Assembly: GCA_017424105.1 (NCBI GenBank)
Contig: JAFPBK010000027.1
Location: 1-41,001 of the forward strand
Direction: 5' to 3'
From: Kiritimatiellia bacterium
Lineage (GTDB): Bacteria; Verrucomicrobiota; Kiritimatiellia; RFP12; UBA3636
DNA: 41,001 bases
The stretch's first letter is position 1. Each line of letters starts with the position of its first letter. Positions 26,355-36,281 of the stretch are shown here, in pieces. The translations under genes and the position numbers were made by a program. The notes beneath the pieces were generated by a model that did no database searches, was not told the origin of the DNA, and was given only the letters and a program-made list of their open reading frames with translations.

Positions 26355-27413
26355 CTATTCTTTATCTAATTGATTTTCCTTAGAAGAACTTTCTTTTGCT
26401 ACATCCTTTATCTCTTGAGCAAGCTCCTCTTTTCGTAATGAATCAAATGATGACTTAACTGCCATTGTTAAAGGGACTGCTAAAAGCATACCAACTGGGC
26501 CCAAAGTCCATCCCCAAACAAGTACAGCAATTAAAACAACAACAGGAGAAATACCAAATCCTTTACCCATAAATTTTGGCTCAAGAATATTTCCTAATAC
26601 TTGATTTACCACAAGATACAAGAAAATAACATATACAACAATTCCTGAATCTCCGCTATTTATGGATGCAAGTATAACTGCTGGAATTGTAGCGAGAATA
26701 GAACCAAACACTGGCACAAAATTAAGAATAAAAGCAAGAAGTCCTAATGCTTCTGCTGATGGCACTCCTAATAATTTTAAGCCTAGATAAATAAAGAAAC
26801 CAGTAGCTGCACTAATAATTGTTTTTATTCCCATATAATGGCGAATATCCAGTACCATTCGAAGCATTCTATCGTAAACATCTTTATCAACCCAACGAAT
26901 GCTACGAACCTTTCTAGGCAAGGAATTTAACTCGCAAAGAATAAAAGAAACTACGATTAGCACTACAATAATTTGTTGTAGCATTGACACCATTAGAGGT
27001 GTTACGCCTTTAACTACAGGCATTATTTGATCCAAACCAAATGTAGCAATATAATCAATAACCTTTTCTGGAACATAAACATCATGATTACTTAGCCAAG
27101 TTGTAACATCACGTACAATTTGAATAAATTGAGTATAGTAATCAGGTACTTTATCTGCAAATTTCTGAATTGTTTGTGTAATAAAGCTAATGATACCAAA
27201 AAGCGTAAAGCATACCATTGATACGATAAGAGTAATTAAGGCCAACCAATTTGGGAAGCGTAATCTTCTCAACCAATAGTAGATAGGAGAAATAATAACA
27301 GCGATAAAAATTATTATCAGGATTTGAGTTATTAATGCAGAGGCATATTTCAGACCAAGCATAATAATTGCGATAGAAGCAATTTTTAGAAGCCAATCAT
27401 TAATTTTAGACAT
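26355..27413 (-). CDS. AI-2E family transporter (PerM/YhhT-like)
   Basis: It has 7-8 TM helices, and the conserved C-terminal core is GLLAFILNFVP..G...A.IP. Confidence 0.8.
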   Translation of the reverse strand: MSKINDWLLKIASIAIIMLGLKYASALITQILIIIFIAVIISPIYYWLRRLRFPNWLALITLIVSMVCFTLFGIISFITQTIQKFADKVPDYYTQFIQIVRDVTTWLSNHDVYVPEKVIDYIATFGLDQIMPVVKGVTPLMVSMLQQIIVVLIVVSFILCELNSLPRKVRSIRWVDKDVYDRMLRMVLDIRHYMGIKTIISAATGFFIYLGLKLLGVPSAEALGLLAFILNFVPVFGSILATIPAVILASINSGDSGIVVYVIFLYLVVNQVLGNILEPKFMGKGFGISPVVVLIAVLVWGWTLGPVGMLLAVPLTMAVKSSFDSLRKEELAQEIKDVAKESSSKENQLDKE

Positions 27414-27530
27414 AGATTCTCCTGGACAAATTACATTGGAGCAAAATATTTGTTTATACCATTAGATTTATATGATTATATATTATCATATATTCAGAGA
27501 TAACACAACAAAACAACGATTTTGTATAAA

Positions 27531-27570
27531 TAAAAAAAATGCTCTGCCTCGCTTGTGCGAACAGAGCATT
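27531..27570 (-). terminator. Intrinsic terminator after rpmA
   Basis: On the minus strand, AATGCTCTG-N15-CAGAGCATT is followed by T8. Confidence 0.7.
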
Positions 27571-27595
27571 TTTCTAATTTAAAGTAAGCTAAAGC

Positions 27596-27841
27596 TTATT
27601 CAGCTGCGTTTTCGATAACGCTAACTACACGGCCTTCTTTCTCGAACTTAACTACACCAGCAACAACTGTGAATAGTGTATCGTCACGACCACGCTCTAC
27701 ATTCTTACCAGGGTGGAACTTTGTACCACGCTGACGAACTAGAACCTCACCAGCCTTAACTGTCTGACCGCCATAACGCTTTACGCCAAGTCTCTGGCCT
27801 GGGCTGTTACGTCCATTAATACCTGTCTTTTTACGTGCCAT
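27596..27841 (-). CDS. rpmA: 50S ribosomal protein L27
   Basis: The sequence is [38 protein letters not shown]. Confidence 0.95.
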   Translation of the reverse strand: MARKKTGINGRNSPGQRLGVKRYGGQTVKAGEVLVRQRGTKFHPGKNVERGRDDTLFTVVAGVVKFEKEGRVVSVIENAAE

Positions 27842-27869
27842 TTTGAAACTCCGTTTCTTTTATAAATGA

Positions 27870-28184
27870 TTAAGCAATTGACTTAACCGTAGCACGTGTC
27901 ATTTCCTGACGATGGCCAACCTTGCGATGATAGCCCTTGCGGCGCTTCTTCTTAAAGTTAACAACCTTCTTTCCACGATAGTGCTCGACTACGTTAAGAA
28001 CTACAACAGCACCATCAACTAGTGGTGTGCCTACCTTCAACTGGGCGCCATCAGAAACAGCCAATACTGTCTTGATTTCAACGTCCTTACCAGCCTCTTC
28101 CTTGAGGCGTTCAATTTCTATTGTCTGACCAACTTCAACGCGATACTGCTTTCCGCCGGTTTCTATTACTGCATATGCTTCCAT
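27870..28184 (-). CDS. rplU: 50S ribosomal protein L21
   Basis: The sequence is MEAYAVIETGGKQYRVEVGQ......KKRRKGYHRKVGHRQ. Confidence 0.95.
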   Translation of the reverse strand: MEAYAVIETGGKQYRVEVGQTIEIERLKEEAGKDVEIKTVLAVSDGAQLKVGTPLVDGAVVVLNVVEHYRGKKVVNFKKKRRKGYHRKVGHRQEMTRATVKSIA

Positions 28185-28225
28185 GAGGGTCTTCCTCTAC
28201 TTTTCAAGTGGTTAATGAGCGCATA

Positions 28226-28254
28226 ATTTAACAAATTTTGATAGGCTTTGTCAA
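28226..28254 (-). promoter_or_regulatory. Candidate sigma70 promoter of rplU-rpmA
   Basis: On the minus strand: TTGACA (28254-28249), 17 nt, TTAAAT (28231-28226). Confidence 0.5.
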
Positions 28255-28325
28255 CACCTAATTTAAATTTATCAAATTTTTACTCTGACATTTATGTGAC
28301 AGGTATAAATCACCCATCACTACTC

Positions 28326-30317
28326 CTATAGATAGTTTTTAATTTTTTCGACTACAGCCTCTGCCGTAAAGCCAAACTTTTGCTCTAGCACCTTATATGG
28401 AGCTGAAGCACCAAAATGATCTATTGTTATTGCTAAGCCGGCCTTACCAATATATCTTTCCCAACCAAAGGATGAAGCAGCCTCAATTACGATGCGCTTT
28501 GTACAAGCCTTTGGAAGAACTGATTCTTGATAAGCTTCGCTTTGCTTTTCAAACAATTCCCATGATGGCATGTTGACCACACGGACATTTTTGCCTACTG
28601 ACTTGAGCTGCTCAAAAGCCTTTAGGGCTAACTGGACTTCGGAACCAGTTGCAATGATTATTGCATCAGGCTGCTTACCTTCCTCTGTCTGAGCAAGTGT
28701 GTAAGCACCCTTTTCGAGCATTTCTGGAGCTGGATAGATGGAGCGATCTAATGGCTCAAGATTTTGGCGTGTTACAAGGATTGCTGTTGGCCCCGTAGTG
28801 TTACGAAGTGCAGCAAGCCATGCCTGTGCTGTCTCTGTAGGATCAGCTGGGCGGATTACCACAGTATTAGGCATTGCCCTGAGGGAAGACAATTGCTCAA
28901 TTGGCTCGTGGGTCGCACCATCCTCACCTACATAGAATGAGTCGTGTGAAAATAGATAAATTGCAGGTAGCTTAGAAATTGCAGCTACGCGCATTGCTGG
29001 GCGAACATAGTCAGCGAATACAAAGAAGGTTGCGCTATAAACATAGAAGCCGCCATAAGCAATCATTCCATTTTGAATTGCTGCCATAGCTAGCTCGCGC
29101 ACACCAAAGTGTATGTTGCGTCCAGAAAAATCATTTGCTGAAATTGCAGAAGAGGAATCAATCCATGTTTTATTACTTGGAGCAAGGTCAGCTGAACCAC
29201 CAATAAATGTTGGTATTGCTGCTGCCAATGCTTGGATTACATTACCTGAAGAAGCACGTGTAGCTACTGCCTTTTCAAATGTTGGTAAAGCAATCTGCTC
29301 TGGAATTGAATAATTGCCCTTTAGAGCATCAATCAAATACTGCTCTTCTGCTGTAAATGTTTGTGAATCAAGATTGCGCTCCCATGCCTTTGCTGCACGT
29401 GTAATTGCAACTGCCTTACGGCGTGTAAGTGCATAAGCCTCCTCTGACACCCAAAAATCCTCTGCTGGGATACCAAGTGCTTGCTTAGTAAGAGCTACTT
29501 CCTCTGCTCCAAGTGGCTCACCATGTACCTTTGGAGAGCCTGCCTTATTTGGGCTGCCTTTACCAATTGTTGTTTTGCAAACAATCAGCACTGGCTTATC
29601 TGCTACCTTGCGAGCGCGACGAATTGTGGAATTAATCTGCTCGTAATCATGGCCATCAATTTGGAATACGCGCCAGCCATAAGCCTTAAAGCGAGCTGCT
29701 GTATCATCTGTAAAGGTGCAATCTGTATTGCCTTCAATTGAAATTTTGTTACTATCGTAGAATGCGATCAGCTTATTGAGCTTTAGGTTTCCTGCAAGAG
29801 AGGCTGCCTCGTGGCTGATGCCTTCCATCATATCACCATCGCCCATGAAAACATATGTGTAGTTGTCAATTATTGTGCGATCTGAATTATTTAGGCGAGC
29901 AGCTGCCATGCGCTCTGAAATTGCCAAACCTACAGCATTTGCAAAACCTTGGCCTAATGGACCTGTTGTTACTTCAACACCATCTGTCTCTCCTAGCTCT
30001 GGGTGACCTGGTGTAACTGAGCCATACTGACGGAAATTCTTTAAATCATCCAATGTTACTTTGTAACCAAAAAGATGAAGCAAGCTATAAAGCATTGCAG
30101 AACCATGACCACCGGAAAGAACAAAGCGATCACGATTTACCCACTTACTTACTTTTGGTGTAACATTCAAATACTGCAACCAAAGTACAGAAGCAACATC
30201 TGCCATACCCAGTGGCAAACCAGGATGGCCAGAATTTGCCTTCTGAATTGCATCAATTGATAAGCCACGAACTATATTGGCTATCGTTTTAAAATCATTT
30301 GAGTTAAATCTTGCCAT
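28326..30317 (-). CDS. tkt: Transketolase
   Basis: SGHPG, GPLGQG, the GDG.MMEG TPP motif, and a length of 663 aa. Confidence 0.95.
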   Translation of the reverse strand: MARFNSNDFKTIANIVRGLSIDAIQKANSGHPGLPLGMADVASVLWLQYLNVTPKVSKWVNRDRFVLSGGHGSAMLYSLLHLFGYKVTLDDLKNFRQYGSVTPGHPELGETDGVEVTTGPLGQGFANAVGLAISERMAAARLNNSDRTIIDNYTYVFMGDGDMMEGISHEAASLAGNLKLNKLIAFYDSNKISIEGNTDCTFTDDTAARFKAYGWRVFQIDGHDYEQINSTIRRARKVADKPVLIVCKTTIGKGSPNKAGSPKVHGEPLGAEEVALTKQALGIPAEDFWVSEEAYALTRRKAVAITRAAKAWERNLDSQTFTAEEQYLIDALKGNYSIPEQIALPTFEKAVATRASSGNVIQALAAAIPTFIGGSADLAPSNKTWIDSSSAISANDFSGRNIHFGVRELAMAAIQNGMIAYGGFYVYSATFFVFADYVRPAMRVAAISKLPAIYLFSHDSFYVGEDGATHEPIEQLSSLRAMPNTVVIRPADPTETAQAWLAALRNTTGPTAILVTRQNLEPLDRSIYPAPEMLEKGAYTLAQTEEGKQPDAIIIATGSEVQLALKAFEQLKSVGKNVRVVNMPSWELFEKQSEAYQESVLPKACTKRIVIEAASSFGWERYIGKAGLAITIDHFGASAPYKVLEQKFGFTAEAVVEKIKNYL

Positions 30318-30364
30318 TTCAAAACCCTTTTTCTTATAGTGTATTGAAGTTAAACAGATTAAAA

Positions 30365-31861
30365 TTACTTAATTTTGTACCCAGCCTGTTGGCGGCGCTG
30401 ACGGCGCTTTTTCATCGCTGACATTGAAGTCTCACCTGTAGGAACAGGCTTACGACTTGCTGGCTTCTTTGCAGCAGACTTTTGCTTTGAAGAATTCTTT
30501 TGCTGTTCAGCCTCTGCCTTGCTTCCACTGCGTGCACGGAATTGAATGTACACGATTACGCCTTCAAGACCAAACTTCTCACGCAAGCTGTTCACCAAAT
30601 AAGACTTGTAGCTGGCAGGTACACGCTTTGGATCATTTACAAATACGCGAATACCAATTGGGTTCTTACCTACCTGAACGCAATAGTACATACGCATACG
30701 CTTACCATCCTTAGAAGGAGGAGGTGTGCGATTGTATGCCTCCTCCATTACGCGGTTAAGAATACCGGTAGGAAGAGTAGCCATGCTCTGTGAAGCAACA
30801 TAGTCAATTGCACCAATTACGCTGTTAACATTAAAGCCTGATTTTGCAGACATAAATACAACTGGGCAGTATGCCATAAATGGCAGACCCTGCCACAAGG
30901 TTTGAGAATATTCCTTCTCTTTAACTGTGGACAGATCCCATTTATTAACTACAACTACGCAGCCCTTACCCTGCTCTACAATTTCGCTGGCAAGCTGCTT
31001 ATCAAGCAAACCAACACCGCGCTCAACATCAATCATGAGCACAACAATATCAGCGCGCTCAATGCTCTCCTGCATACGATAGCGGCTATAACGCTCAACA
31101 GCTGTATCTACGCGTGCTTCACGGCGTGAACCTGCAGTATCAATCAATGTATAGCGGCGACCCTCCACAGCAAATGGAACATCAATACTGTCACGGGTGG
31201 TACCAGGAATATCAGAAACTAGCACGCGCTCTGCATGCAAAAGCTTATTAACAAAAGAAGATTTACCAGCATTTGGTCGGCCAACAATTGCTACGCAAAG
31301 ACCATCATCCTTCTTTGCTTCTTCCTCAGAAACAACAGGAAAATCCTTAGTAAGATTATCCATCAGCTTTGCAAAGCCACGACCATGCAATGCTGAGATT
31401 GGATATACAGGGAAGCCTAGCTGAGTAAAATCAGCATCGCCCAAATCAAATTCTTCTGTATCAGCTTTATTTGCTGCTACGTAAACTGTAATTCCTGAGC
31501 GATAAAGTATGCCTGCAACCTCCTTATCCATAGGAGTAATACCCTGCTGGATATCTACAACAAAAATTGCTATTTTTGCATCTTTAAGAGCAGCCTCTGC
31601 CTGAACACGAATACCAGCATCAATTTTATCATGAATTGTTTCATTATCAACATTCATGATACCTCCGGTATCGATCAGGGTAAAGCGCTTATCCTGCCAT
31701 GAAACCTCGCGCATTAGGCGGTCACGTGTAACACCTGCCTCGCAATGCACGATAGCAATGCGCTTACCTGCTATGCGATTAAACACAGCAGATTTACCCA
31801 CATTAGGGCGTCCTACGATTGCCACGACTGGCAGTTCTTTTACTTGATTTTCTTCTGTCAT
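30365..31861 (-). CDS. der: Ribosome-biogenesis GTPase Der (EngA) with a Lys/Arg-rich C-terminal tail
   Basis: Two G domains (GRPNVGKS and GRPNAGKS, each with DTGG/DTAG and NK.D) plus a KH-like domain. Confidence 0.9.
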   Translation of the reverse strand: MTEENQVKELPVVAIVGRPNVGKSAVFNRIAGKRIAIVHCEAGVTRDRLMREVSWQDKRFTLIDTGGIMNVDNETIHDKIDAGIRVQAEAALKDAKIAIFVVDIQQGITPMDKEVAGILYRSGITVYVAANKADTEEFDLGDADFTQLGFPVYPISALHGRGFAKLMDNLTKDFPVVSEEEAKKDDGLCVAIVGRPNAGKSSFVNKLLHAERVLVSDIPGTTRDSIDVPFAVEGRRYTLIDTAGSRREARVDTAVERYSRYRMQESIERADIVVLMIDVERGVGLLDKQLASEIVEQGKGCVVVVNKWDLSTVKEKEYSQTLWQGLPFMAYCPVVFMSAKSGFNVNSVIGAIDYVASQSMATLPTGILNRVMEEAYNRTPPPSKDGKRMRMYYCVQVGKNPIGIRVFVNDPKRVPASYKSYLVNSLREKFGLEGVIVYIQFRARSGSKAEAEQQKNSSKQKSAAKKPASRKPVPTGETSMSAMKKRRQRRQQAGYKIK

Positions 31862-31913
31862 AAATTCTTTAGTTTTTTAGCTGGCTATACCAGCAATACC
31901 GCCTGCTATAAAA

Positions 31914-33224
31914 TTAAGCAGTCAGAGTTGCAGCTGCTTTGCGAAGGCGAGCAACTGTACGCTCCTTACCTACAAGCACTAGTAACTCAAACAAGCCAGG
32001 TCCCTCTGTAATACCGGACACTGCCACGCGAATTGGATGAACCACAGGGCCCATACCACCTAGTTCCTCGCTCTTTGCACGAACGATTGCTTCTGTAGCT
32101 TCCTCTGTGAAATCCTCAAGAGCCTCAAAGCGATTTGCCATTTCCTCCAATAGCTCGCGTACACCAGGCTGCTTCAAGCGCTTTGTTACTGCTGCCTCAT
32201 CAAAAGGATATTCCTCTGTGAAGAAGTAAATGCAGTTACCAGGAAGCTCTGTATAAACCTTTGTACGTGGTTGAACTGGGCCAATCACTGCATCAAGAGA
32301 GCCATTTAGAGGCTGCTCTGGAAGACCTGCTGCCTTTAGGCGAGCAACTAGCTCTGCCTTGAACTGCTCCTTTGGCTGCTTTGCAATATATTCGCCATTC
32401 ATCCAGCGAAGCTTCTTCATATCAAAACGAGATGGGCTTGACTTACAACGCTCCAAAGAGAATGCCTCAATCATTTCCTCACGAGTCATTACCTCACGAT
32501 CATCGCCAGGAGCCCAACCAAGCAGAAGCAAGAAATTAAATAGTGTCTCAGGAAGATAGCCCTGCTCTCTGAATTCACCAACAAATGCGGCACCATCGCG
32601 CTTTGAATATGGCTTACCCATATTGTTTACAATCATTGGCAAGTGAGCATACTGAGGTGGTGTATAGCCTAATGCCTTAAATAGCTCAATGTGTTTGAAG
32701 GTATTTTCCACATGGTCATCACCACGAATTACCAAAGTAATGTTTTGAAGCATATCGTCAACAACATTTGCCAAGTGGAATACAGGAGAACCATCAGAAC
32801 GAACGATAACAAAATCCTGAGTATCTTCTGCCTTTTTCTTCATGCGACCCTTAACAAGGTCCTCAAACTCAATGCGGCCTTCCTTTGGCATACGAAATAC
32901 AATACAGCCAGCCTTAGGACCTTCTGTCTCTTTGTATGCATAGCCTTCAGCAAGAAGCTTTTCTGCTGCTTCAAGGTGCTTCTGAACATTATGAGTCTGA
33001 TAAACTACTGGCTCATCAAAGTCCAGACCTAGCCACTCCATGCACTCAAGAAGTGTCTGAATAGCCTCTGGAGTTGAACGCTCTAAGTCAGTATCTTCTA
33101 CGCGTAGAAGGAATTTGCCGCCTACATGGCGAGCATATAGCCAGTTAAAAATTGCTGCTCTGATATTACCAATATGCACCTTACCAGTTGGGGATGGTGC
33201 GAAACGAACGCGTACCTGTTCCAT
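31914..33224 (-). CDS. gltX: Glutamate-tRNA ligase
   Basis: RFAPSPTGKVHIGNIR (HIGH motif) and KPYSKRDG (KMSKS equivalent). At 436 aa it is on the short side for GluRS. Confidence 0.9.
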   Translation of the reverse strand: MEQVRVRFAPSPTGKVHIGNIRAAIFNWLYARHVGGKFLLRVEDTDLERSTPEAIQTLLECMEWLGLDFDEPVVYQTHNVQKHLEAAEKLLAEGYAYKETEGPKAGCIVFRMPKEGRIEFEDLVKGRMKKKAEDTQDFVIVRSDGSPVFHLANVVDDMLQNITLVIRGDDHVENTFKHIELFKALGYTPPQYAHLPMIVNNMGKPYSKRDGAAFVGEFREQGYLPETLFNFLLLLGWAPGDDREVMTREEMIEAFSLERCKSSPSRFDMKKLRWMNGEYIAKQPKEQFKAELVARLKAAGLPEQPLNGSLDAVIGPVQPRTKVYTELPGNCIYFFTEEYPFDEAAVTKRLKQPGVRELLEEMANRFEALEDFTEEATEAIVRAKSEELGGMGPVVHPIRVAVSGITEGPGLFELLVLVGKERTVARLRKAAATLTA

Positions 33225-33448
33225 AAAAATTCTCTTTTATTTATAAAATTTACATTTTGCCACTAAAAATCAAGTGCTTAATTATACAAAATGCCGTATT
33301 TTTTTTCAACAGAAATCACACAACGGCACATCTAAAACAGCGAAACTAAATAGGCAATGCAATTTGCATGACGCATTAGATGCACGTGTCGCCAATATTC
33401 GCACTTCTCGCCACCACGCAAGCCCTGCGTCCTCCGCGTCCCTGCGGG

Positions 33449-33562
33449 AAAAAATCACAACTCACTCATCGCCCTCAATCGTTGCTCAAACATATAATCA
33501 TTGAAATCCATATCATACGAATATGTGCAACCTATACGAACTATCATATTCTTTTCTTTCTC
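33449..33562. repeat. Direct repeat DR1 (~115 bp), left boundary of the DUF262 islet
   Basis: About 93% identical by eye to 38133-38249. The core is ATCGCCCTCAATCGTTGCTCAAACATATAATCATTRAAATCCATATCATACGAATATGTGCAACCTATACGAACTATC. Confidence 0.85.
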
Positions 33563-33597
33563 TTTTTGCGTAACTGCTTATCCTAAAGCAAATTCCA

Positions 33598-33638
33598 TGC
33601 CAAAAGAAAAACAGGCTGAAAACGTATCGTCTTCAGCC
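33598..33638 (-). terminator. Intrinsic terminator downstream of the DUF262 operon
   Basis: On the minus strand, GGCTGAA-N11-TTCAGCC is followed by TGTTTTTCTTTTGG. A paralogous module lies at 38695-38735. Confidence 0.6.
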
Positions 33639-33941
33639 CGTTCACTGGTCAGATTTTTATCAACTGTTCAGATTTTAACCTCCCGCAGAGACGCAGAGGC
33701 GCAGAGATTTTGAGAACATTACCTTTTACAACAGGCAAATATCACAATCCACAATCTCTCCGCCGCCTGCGGCACGATCCCACAGACGACCGAGGTGTAG
33801 ATATCGCGATTCGAGAGGAAGGTGGTCATAAATCCGCAGTCTCATAGCTTTCTTTCAATTCCGCTTTCATACATGAAATTAAGTCATCGTCAAAACCTCA
33901 TATTCAGAATTGTGAGACCTTGCATAAACGCACATCTATTT

Positions 33942-36281
33942 CTAAAGAGCCATTCCAATTTTAGACAAAACATTTTCAGCGATTAATCCACACTCCTCCT
34001 CGTCATCCGTCCAAAGGGAGTATTTCCCATCATTCATTGCCTTCAAACGATACGTATGGCCGTTCTTGGAGAAATCAATGCTATTGGTTTCAGGCTCTGG
34101 CTGAATTGAATCATGGAAACATCTAGTGCCTTCCGCTACTTTCTCATAAACATAAGCAAGCAACAACTCATAGCTGCGACTGTTCTCTGTCTTGCCCCGC
34201 GCAAGAAAGTAGTGCCCGGAAGCGCTTGAAACAACTCCCCAATAGGCGTAGTCGCGCATAAAAAGTTGTGGCATGGAAATCATAAATCTACGCCAATCGG
34301 TGACGGCTGATTTTCCTTCCACTATAACGGCATCACAAACCGCTATTATATTAATCTCCTCTTGCTTCTCCCTGCGCCAAAAATCAATAAAGGCCTTAAT
34401 CCCAGGTGCGTAACATCCGTCTATCTCATCTCTGAGATACCTCTTCCAAGAATAGAATCTTTCCGCAGGCGGGACAATGCCGAAAGATTTATGTTTTCCG
34501 AATCGATAGTCGGAAATCGTCAACATAGCCGCATAAAATTTGCATCTCTGCGATTCTTCAATTCCATCCGAGAAAAGAGCTGTAATGCCACGTAGGCATT
34601 TTGTGTACGCCGAGAATTCCGCTTTGTTACACACCCCATCATTTTTTGACCAGCAAAGGAGGCATCCAATTTGTCCGCGAAGATATGCGTCGGTTTCAGC
34701 CTCCCTCATCAAATTTGCCCACTCTGTATCTGCACAGCGAAGTTTGGCCTTAGCAGATTCCTCTTCGATTCTCGCACGCTCAAAGCCTGGCACATTCTTG
34801 ATTGTGCCCAGAAACTCGTCCATTCTCATTTCGCATTTTTCGAATTCCTCCATCCAGCGGTCAATCTGTGTCATTGCCGTGATAACCTTGCCGACATCGT
34901 CAAACCTGTCGTTGCAATTTTCAATTATCGTACAGTTCCTGAGAAATCTTCCCCAAGACTTGAAATCTTCGAGCCTGACGTTTTCGCCATCGGCATTGCC
35001 GTTGACAGCCATTGTACGCAACGGAAATTTTCTCAGAAATGCCAACACACCATAAAATCCGAGTCTTTCGGGATAAGTGAATGAATCCTGGAGGTAAAGA
35101 TCAAGAAGGTTTCTAGAACCTGTTGAATCCCAACCGTATTCAGGATCAAGATATTTCGTGAAATCAAACCATTGGCGATCCTGCTCTACCTCGGTGAAAC
35201 CTATCAACGACTGCATGTCGTTGTACAGTTGCAGAAAATCAATGTACAAATATCTCGCAGCCGTGGAATGGCGCGCACGCCACGCCTCTGCCGTGTAGCG
35301 TGGAACTAACAACTCTAGCGTTCGCTCATCGCGAGAATTGGCAACCTCTGCGAGTTGCGGGCACACATTCTGTCTTGCAAACTGGATTGAAATCAGTCGC
35401 AGCAAAAGACGCATATATCGATCTTCAACTTCGGCGACATCCACCTCGCCGTTTTCACGGATACCCCGCTGTCCCCAGAAGTAATCAATCCAATCGTTGT
35501 CGACAATCCGCTTCCATTCTTCTTCAAATGCGGCAGTTCCTTTTTCATCGGCACCCATAGCATTTTGCTGGCGCAATTCCTCTTCGAGCGTTGACTTCAA
35601 GATATCGAAAGCCGAAAGTTGCAGCCCTCTCGCATTCATTTTCACGTAGAGCTCGTCGCCTTGGGAAAACTTATTGAGATCGAGCCAGTGAAACGTTATG
35701 CAGGAAAGTGCATCATAGCGACTGGTGTCGTAAGTATAGCCGGATTCCTTCAGCAAAGCAAACACTTCATCGATAACCACCAGCATTGAAATAACGGTAG
35801 CGTCTTTCCGCCAAGCCCACTTGAACCAGTCTTTCCTGCATAGTACTTCCGAGACCTGAAGGCTCTTCGCATTTGCCTCATGGTGCAATACGCATGCAAC
35901 ATGCTTAACAATTTCATTGCAGAACTCTTCCGCAGAGATGCGCGTTTCATACGTGAATCTCGATAATCCATCCAAACCGATTAAATCTTTCTTATCGGCA
36001 GGCGAAAATATCCAGTGTAGTATGAATAGCGTTGTGAGACGTTGCTGGCCATCTAGAGGCTCGAACGCGTCATTGCGGTCGTAGCCATAGATGAAATCGA
36101 GATGCAGCGGACGCTGTCCGTTGGAATATACCGAATCGAGAAGATCGTTAAGAAACGCCCTGCGGATGTCACGGATCTTCGGTTTCCTACGCCCCTCGGC
36201 ATAATCGCGTTGTATCTGCGGTATCCGGATCTTACTCGTCTTAAGCAAATCGAGAAACGTCATATTGATCTGCTCGCTCAC
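33942..36281 (-). CDS. DUF262 (ParB/Srx-fold NTPase-like) protein with a long unassigned C-terminal region
   Basis: IRIPQIQRDYAEGR, LDGQQRLTTLFILHW and YVKMNARGLQLSAFDILKS. No DUF1524 His-Me motif was found. The GTG start overlaps the upstream stop (GTGA) and lies 6 nt after a GGAGGTG. Confidence 0.85.
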   Translation of the reverse strand: MSEQINMTFLDLLKTSKIRIPQIQRDYAEGRRKPKIRDIRRAFLNDLLDSVYSNGQRPLHLDFIYGYDRNDAFEPLDGQQRLTTLFILHWIFSPADKKDLIGLDGLSRFTYETRISAEEFCNEIVKHVACVLHHEANAKSLQVSEVLCRKDWFKWAWRKDATVISMLVVIDEVFALLKESGYTYDTSRYDALSCITFHWLDLNKFSQGDELYVKMNARGLQLSAFDILKSTLEEELRQQNAMGADEKGTAAFEEEWKRIVDNDWIDYFWGQRGIRENGEVDVAEVEDRYMRLLLRLISIQFARQNVCPQLAEVANSRDERTLELLVPRYTAEAWRARHSTAARYLYIDFLQLYNDMQSLIGFTEVEQDRQWFDFTKYLDPEYGWDSTGSRNLLDLYLQDSFTYPERLGFYGVLAFLRKFPLRTMAVNGNADGENVRLEDFKSWGRFLRNCTIIENCNDRFDDVGKVITAMTQIDRWMEEFEKCEMRMDEFLGTIKNVPGFERARIEEESAKAKLRCADTEWANLMREAETDAYLRGQIGCLLCWSKNDGVCNKAEFSAYTKCLRGITALFSDGIEESQRCKFYAAMLTISDYRFGKHKSFGIVPPAERFYSWKRYLRDEIDGCYAPGIKAFIDFWRREKQEEINIIAVCDAVIVEGKSAVTDWRRFMISMPQLFMRDYAYWGVVSSASGHYFLARGKTENSRSYELLLAYVYEKVAEGTRCFHDSIQPEPETNSIDFSKNGHTYRLKAMNDGKYSLWTDDEEECGLIAENVLSKIGMAL

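Noticed and set aside
33380-33713. ORFs span the direct repeats: 33380..33586 and 33501..33713 here, and 37819..38253 and 38208..38405 at the other copy.
   Set aside because: They are short, AT-rich, repeat-derived frames with no protein-like composition, and the repeat copies differ by an indel that breaks the frame.
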